Of a stretch of 64,000 nt of DNA, positions 58,280 through 64,000 are shown in pieces. Origin of the DNA: Eledone cirrhosa (lineage: Eukaryota); assembly GCA_964016885.1 (NCBI GenBank), contig OZ024746.1, positions 4,340,001 to 4,404,000 on the forward strand, given 5' to 3'. The notes under the pieces were generated by a model. That model was not told the origin of the DNA. It saw only the letters and a list, made by a program, of their open reading frames with translations, and did not search any database. Positions within the stretch are counted from its first letter, which is position 1; every line of letters begins with the position of its first letter. The translations under genes and the position numbers were made by a program.

Positions 58280-59345
58280 CTCTCTTCCTGCTATATCGAG
58301 CGTTAACCTAATATATCCCTTCCATATACTCTACCGATTGTGCTGTTATTTCTGTTTACCTTTTACATACACACACACATAGAGAGAGAGAGAGAGAGAG
58401 AGAGAGAATTTGTTGTTCCACAACAAATTACAAACCATACTTAAGGACATGTGTTTCACCTGAAGTATTATTCACCACGTGTATGGTTATAGTGAAAACG
58501 GAAGTTAATTTGTTGTGGAACTCTACACCGAACTCGGCGTTTGGACTGAGTCCTCTTCCAGCTTTAGATATACGTACCTCCTGTTGTTTCACTACTCTTA
58601 TATATAGAGAGGGATATATAGGAGTGAAGAAGGAAATTATAAGTAAGGTGGCTAGGAGAGATCATTGTACAAGTGAATGAATTCTCTTGATGAAGCAGAC
58701 TTTCTGATGGTCGTGTATGAATGTATTTGCGTAAAAATCAACATTGCGTTTTAATGCCATTCATTAATTCATTAATTAATTCACTAATTCATTTCCACAT
58801 TTGAATATTTCATGTTTATTTAAATTTTACTTGTCTATTTCTGCTTTTATTTTTATTTGTATTTATTTTATTCTATTTTCCATGTTGTTTTTTCTTTTGT
58901 TTCTATTTTGTTTAGTGTTGTAAACGGATCAACAATACAAAGTCATCTGTTTCCTTGCGACACAGGCCGACTGTAAATAACGCCATTTTATGTGTTAGAT
59001 GTCTGTTGAATTATAAACGCCGCCATGATATATGCACTGTTTCAGCAATATTGTCGTTTGTGATCGCCTACCTTACCTTGCCTTATTCATATTACTTCTC
59101 TTTTTTTTCTGGGTATTTTTTTATATCTCTATGACTTTTTTCATCTCGTAACGCTCTATTGATTCTTTGGCTTAGCTCTGGTCCCCATAGCTACACTTTG
59201 TTTTCTATTGTTTATTATTTAATATCGATACCAATGGACACAATGTTGCGATAGATTGGTGAATAAAATACAACGGCGGGGGTGGGGGAGTGATGGAAAG
59301 GGTTGAAAGGGTGTGAAAGTGAGAAGTATATGTCTGTGTGTGTGC

Positions 59346-59420
<75 letters not shown>

Positions 59421-59478
59421 TGTGTGTGCACATATGTGCATATATATATATACACATATATGAGTGTGTGTGCACATA

Positions 59479-59555
<77 letters not shown>

Positions 59556-59809
59556 AGGGATAAACAAAAGAATCATTAATACTTTAACGTTACACTTTAT
59601 CTCATAGACGGCTGTTCATTTAATAGCCATGTGACATAATATATGTGTATATGTGTATATGCTGCATTGTTAAAAATAGATCGTTTAAAAATAGATCTGG
59701 TCTATACGTCTTCCTCACCTTCACAAAGGTATACAATGAGTAGCATTTACACAGCATATATTCTATAATGACATCGTCAGAGATCTAGCAAATATATCTA
59801 TATCTTCAT

Positions 59810-62800
59810 GATAGTCATACAGTTGTATATCTGTAAACTAATATAGTAATACAGTTGTATAATGGTAAACTAATATAGTAATACAGTTGTATAATGGTAA
59901 ACTAATATAGTAATACAGTTGTATATCTGTAAACTAAAAGAGTAATACAGTTGTATATCTGTAAACTAATATAGTAATACAGTTGTATATCTGTAAACTA
60001 ATATATAGACATACAGTTGTACATCTGTAAACTAATATATAGTCATACAGTTGTATATCTGTAAACTAATATATAGTCATACAGTTGTATATCTGTAAAC
60101 TAATATATAGTCATACAGTTGTATATCTGTAAATTAATATAGTCATACAGTTGTATATTGGTAAACTAATATAGTAATACAGTTGTATATCTGTAAACTA
60201 ATATATAGTAATACAGTTGTACATCTGTAAACTAATATAGTAATACAGTTGTATATCTGTAAACTAATATAGTAATACAGTTGTATATCTGTAAACTAAT
60301 ATAGTAATACAGTTGTATATCTGTAAACTAATATAGTAATACAGTTGTATATCTGTAAACTAATATATAGTAATACAGTTGTATATCTGTAAACTAATAT
60401 AGTAATACAGTTGTATATCTGTAAACTAATATAGTAATACAGTTGTATATTGGTAAACTAATATATAGTAATACAGTTGTATATTGGTAAACTAATATAT
60501 AGTAATACAGTTGTATATCTGTAAACTAATATAGTAATACAGTTGTATATTGGTAAACTAATATAGTAATACAGTTGTATATTGGTAAACTAATATAGTA
60601 ATACAGTTGTATATTGGTAAACTAATATAGTAATACAGTTGTATATTGGTAAACTAATATAGTAATACAGTTGTATATCTGTAAACTAATATAGTAATAC
60701 AGTTGTATATCTGTAAACTAATATAGTAATACAGTTGTATATTGGTAAACTAATATATAGTAATACAGTTGTATATTGGTAAACTAATATATAGTAATAC
60801 AGTTGTATATCTGTAAACTAATATAGTAATACAGTTGTATATTGGTAAACTAATATAGTAATACAGTTGTATATCTGTAAACTAATATATAGTAATACAG
60901 TTGTATATTGGTAAACTAATATAGTAATACAGTTGTATATCTGTAAATTAATATAGTAATACAGTTGTATATTGGTAAACTAATATAGTAATACCGATGT
61001 ATATCTGTAAACTAATATATAGTCATACAGTTGTATATCTGTAAACTAATATAGTAATACAGTTGTATATCTGTAAACTAATATAGTAATACAGTTGTAT
61101 ATCTGTAAACTAATATAGTAATACAGTTGTATATCTGTAAACTAATATAGTCATACAGTTGTATATCTGTAAACTAATATAGTAATACAGTTGTATATCT
61201 GTAAACTAATATATAGTAATACAGTTGCATAATGGTAAACTAATATATAGTCATACAGTTGTATATTGGTAAACTAATATATAGTCATACAGTTGTATAT
61301 TGGTAAACTAATATAGTAATACAGTTGTATATCTGTAAACTAATATATAGTAATACAGTTGTATATTGGTAAACTAATATAGTAATACAGATGTATATCT
61401 GTAAACTAATATATAGTCATACAGTTGTATATTGGTAAACTAATATAGTAATACAGTTGTATAATGGTAAACTAATATATAGTCATACAGTTGTATATTG
61501 GTAAACTAATATAGTAATACAGTTGTATATCTGTAAACTAATATATAGTCATACAGTTGTATATTGGTAAACTAATATAGTAATACAGTTGTATAATGGT
61601 AAACTAATATATAGTCATACAGTTGTATATTGGTAAACTAATATAGTAATACAGTTGTATATCTGTAAACTAATATATAGTAATACAGTTGTATATTGGT
61701 AAACTAATATAGTAATACAGATGTATATCTGTAAACTAATATATAGTCATACAGTTGTATATTGGTAAACTAATATATAGTAATACAGTTGTATAATGGT
61801 AAACTAATATATAGTCATACAGTTGTATATCTGTAAACTAATATATAGTAATACAGTTGTATATTGGTAAACTAATATAGTAATACAGTTGTATATCTGT
61901 AAACTAATATAGTAATACAGTTGTATATCTGTAAACTAATATAGTAATACAGTTGTATAATGGTAAACTAATATATAGTAATACAGTTGTATATCTGTAA
62001 ACTAATATAGTCATACAGTTGTATATTGGTAAACTAATATATAGTAATACAGTTGTATATCTGTAAACTAATATATAGTCATACAGTTGTATATTGGTAA
62101 ACTAATATAGTAATACAGTTGTATATCTGTAAACTAATATAGTCATACAGTTGTATGTTGGTAAACTAATATAGTAATACGGTTGTATATCTGTAAACTA
62201 ATATAGTAATACAGTTGTATATCTGTAAACTAATATAGTAATACAGTTGTATAATGGTAAACTAATATATAGTAATACAGTTGTATATCTGTAAACTAAT
62301 ATAGTAATACAGTTGTATATCTGTAAACTAATATAGTAATACAGTTGTATATCTGTAAACTAATATAGTAATACAGTTGTATATCTGTAAACTAATATAG
62401 TAATACAGTTGTATAAAGGTAAACTAATATATAGTAATACAGTTGTATATCTGTAAACTAATATAGTAATACAGTTGTATAATGGTAAACTAATATATAG
62501 TAATACAGTTGTATATCTGTAAACTAATATAGTCATACAGTTGTATAATGGTAAACTAATATATAGTCATACAGTTGTATATTGGTAAACTAATATAGTA
62601 ATACAGTTGTATATCTGTAAACTAATATATAGTAATACAGTTGTATATTGGTAAACTAATATAGTAATACAGATGTATATCTGTAAACTAATATATAGTC
62701 ATACAGTTGTATATTGGTAAACTAATATAGTAATACAGATGTATATCTGTAAACTAATATAGTAATACAGTTGTATAATGGTAAACTAATATATAGTCAT

Positions 62801-63160
62801 ACAGTTGTATATTGGTAAAATAATATAGTCATACAGTTGTATATTGGTAAACTAATATAGTAATACAGTTGTATATTGGTAAACTAATATATAGTCATAC
62901 AGTTGTATATCTGTAAACTAATATATAGTCATACAGTTGTATATCTGTAAACTAATATATAGTCATACAGTTGTATATCTGTAAACTAATATAGTAATAC
63001 AGTTGTATATCTGTAAACTAATATAGTAATACAGTTGTATATTGGTAAACTAATATATAGTCATACAGTTGTATATCTGTAAACTAATATATAGTCATAC
63101 AGTTGTATATCTGTAAACTAATATAGTAATACAGTTGTATATTGGTAAACTAATATAGTA
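59810..63160. repeat. 32/34-bp satellite, ~100 copies
   Basis: Unit agt(a/c)atacagttgtata(tct/ttg/atg)gtaaactaatat(at). Confidence 0.97.
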
Positions 63161-63219
63161 AATAACCTTATCCTAAGTATATTGATCTGGAAGATAAGAC
63201 CAGAGTGGTTGGTGGCGTA

Positions 63220-63813
63220 TGTCGGGTGGCAGTTTGTGTGTGTGTCGGGTGACCGTCTGTGTGTGTGTGTGTTGGGTGACAGTCTGTATGTGTATCGGGT
63301 GACATTCTGTGTGGGTGAGTGTCGGGTGACATTCTGTGTGTGTGTGTGTCGGGTGACAGTCTGTGTGTGTATGTCGGGTGACAGTCTGTGTGTGAGTGCC
63401 GGGTGACAGTCTGTGAGTGTGTGTGTGTCGGGTGACAGTCTGTGAGTGTGTGTGTGTCGGGTGACAGTCTGTGAGTGTGTGTGTGTCGGGTGACAGTCTG
63501 TGTGTGTGTGTCGGGTGACAGTCTGTGTGTGTGTGTGTGTCGGGTGACAGTCTGTGTGTGTGTGTGTGTCGGGTGACAGTCTGTGTGTGTGTGTGTGTCG
63601 GGTGACAGTCTGTGTGTGTGTGTGTGTCGGGTGACAGTCTGTGTGTGTGTGTGTGTCGGGTGACAGTCTGTGTGTGTGTCGGGTGACAGTCTGTGTGTGT
63701 GTCGGGTGACAGTCTGTGTGTGTGTGTGTGTCGGGTGACAGTCTGTGAGTGTGTGTGTGTCGGGTGACAGTCTGTGTGTATGTGTTGGGTGACAGTCTCT
63801 GTGTGTGTGTGTG
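63220..63813. repeat. Minisatellite: constant gtcgggtgacagtct separated by variable (GT)n
   Basis: More than 20 units. Confidence 0.95.
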
Positions 63814-64000
63814 TATTTTTACTTCAGTTGTTCTTAGTATTTAGTCAACGAAGAAATGGCATTGTCCATGATCCTTTTCTGGAACTCCGACACTAGCGAG
63901 AGGGTAGGGCCATATATAGATATATAAACACCTACATATATATATATATATATATAAACACATACATATATATAGATATATAAACACATACATATACATA

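Noticed and set aside
63220-63813. CRISPR-like repeat-spacer appearance
   Set aside because: Spacers are only (GT)n, the context is eukaryotic and there are no cas genes.

Overview
AT-rich, microsatellite-saturated eukaryotic DNA, intergenic or intronic. The repeat landscape suggests an octopod/coleoid cephalopod (inference). I can support no intact protein-coding gene: the long ORFs are translations of simple repeats. Recognisable elements are decayed LINEs (RTE, R4/Dong, CRE, RTE-X-like), a mariner fragment, a Helitron, MITEs, tRNA-derived SINEs and several satellites. The main signal is a dense population of Penelope-like element (PLE) relics, mostly inserted in (TA)n/(CA)n tracts. These include a GIY-YIG endonuclease remnant (21464-21865, -) and about a dozen type I hammerhead ribozyme (HHR) motifs of at least six sequence families. 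Several HHRs have palindromic stem III or unusually long stem II, and many sit in fold-back structures, including a 1.6-kb inverted repeat with an HHR in each arm. A G-U-biased 77-nt hairpin (18942-19018) and a B-box tandem array (12638-12953) also deserve a look. All folds were done by eye and coordinates may be off by a few bases.
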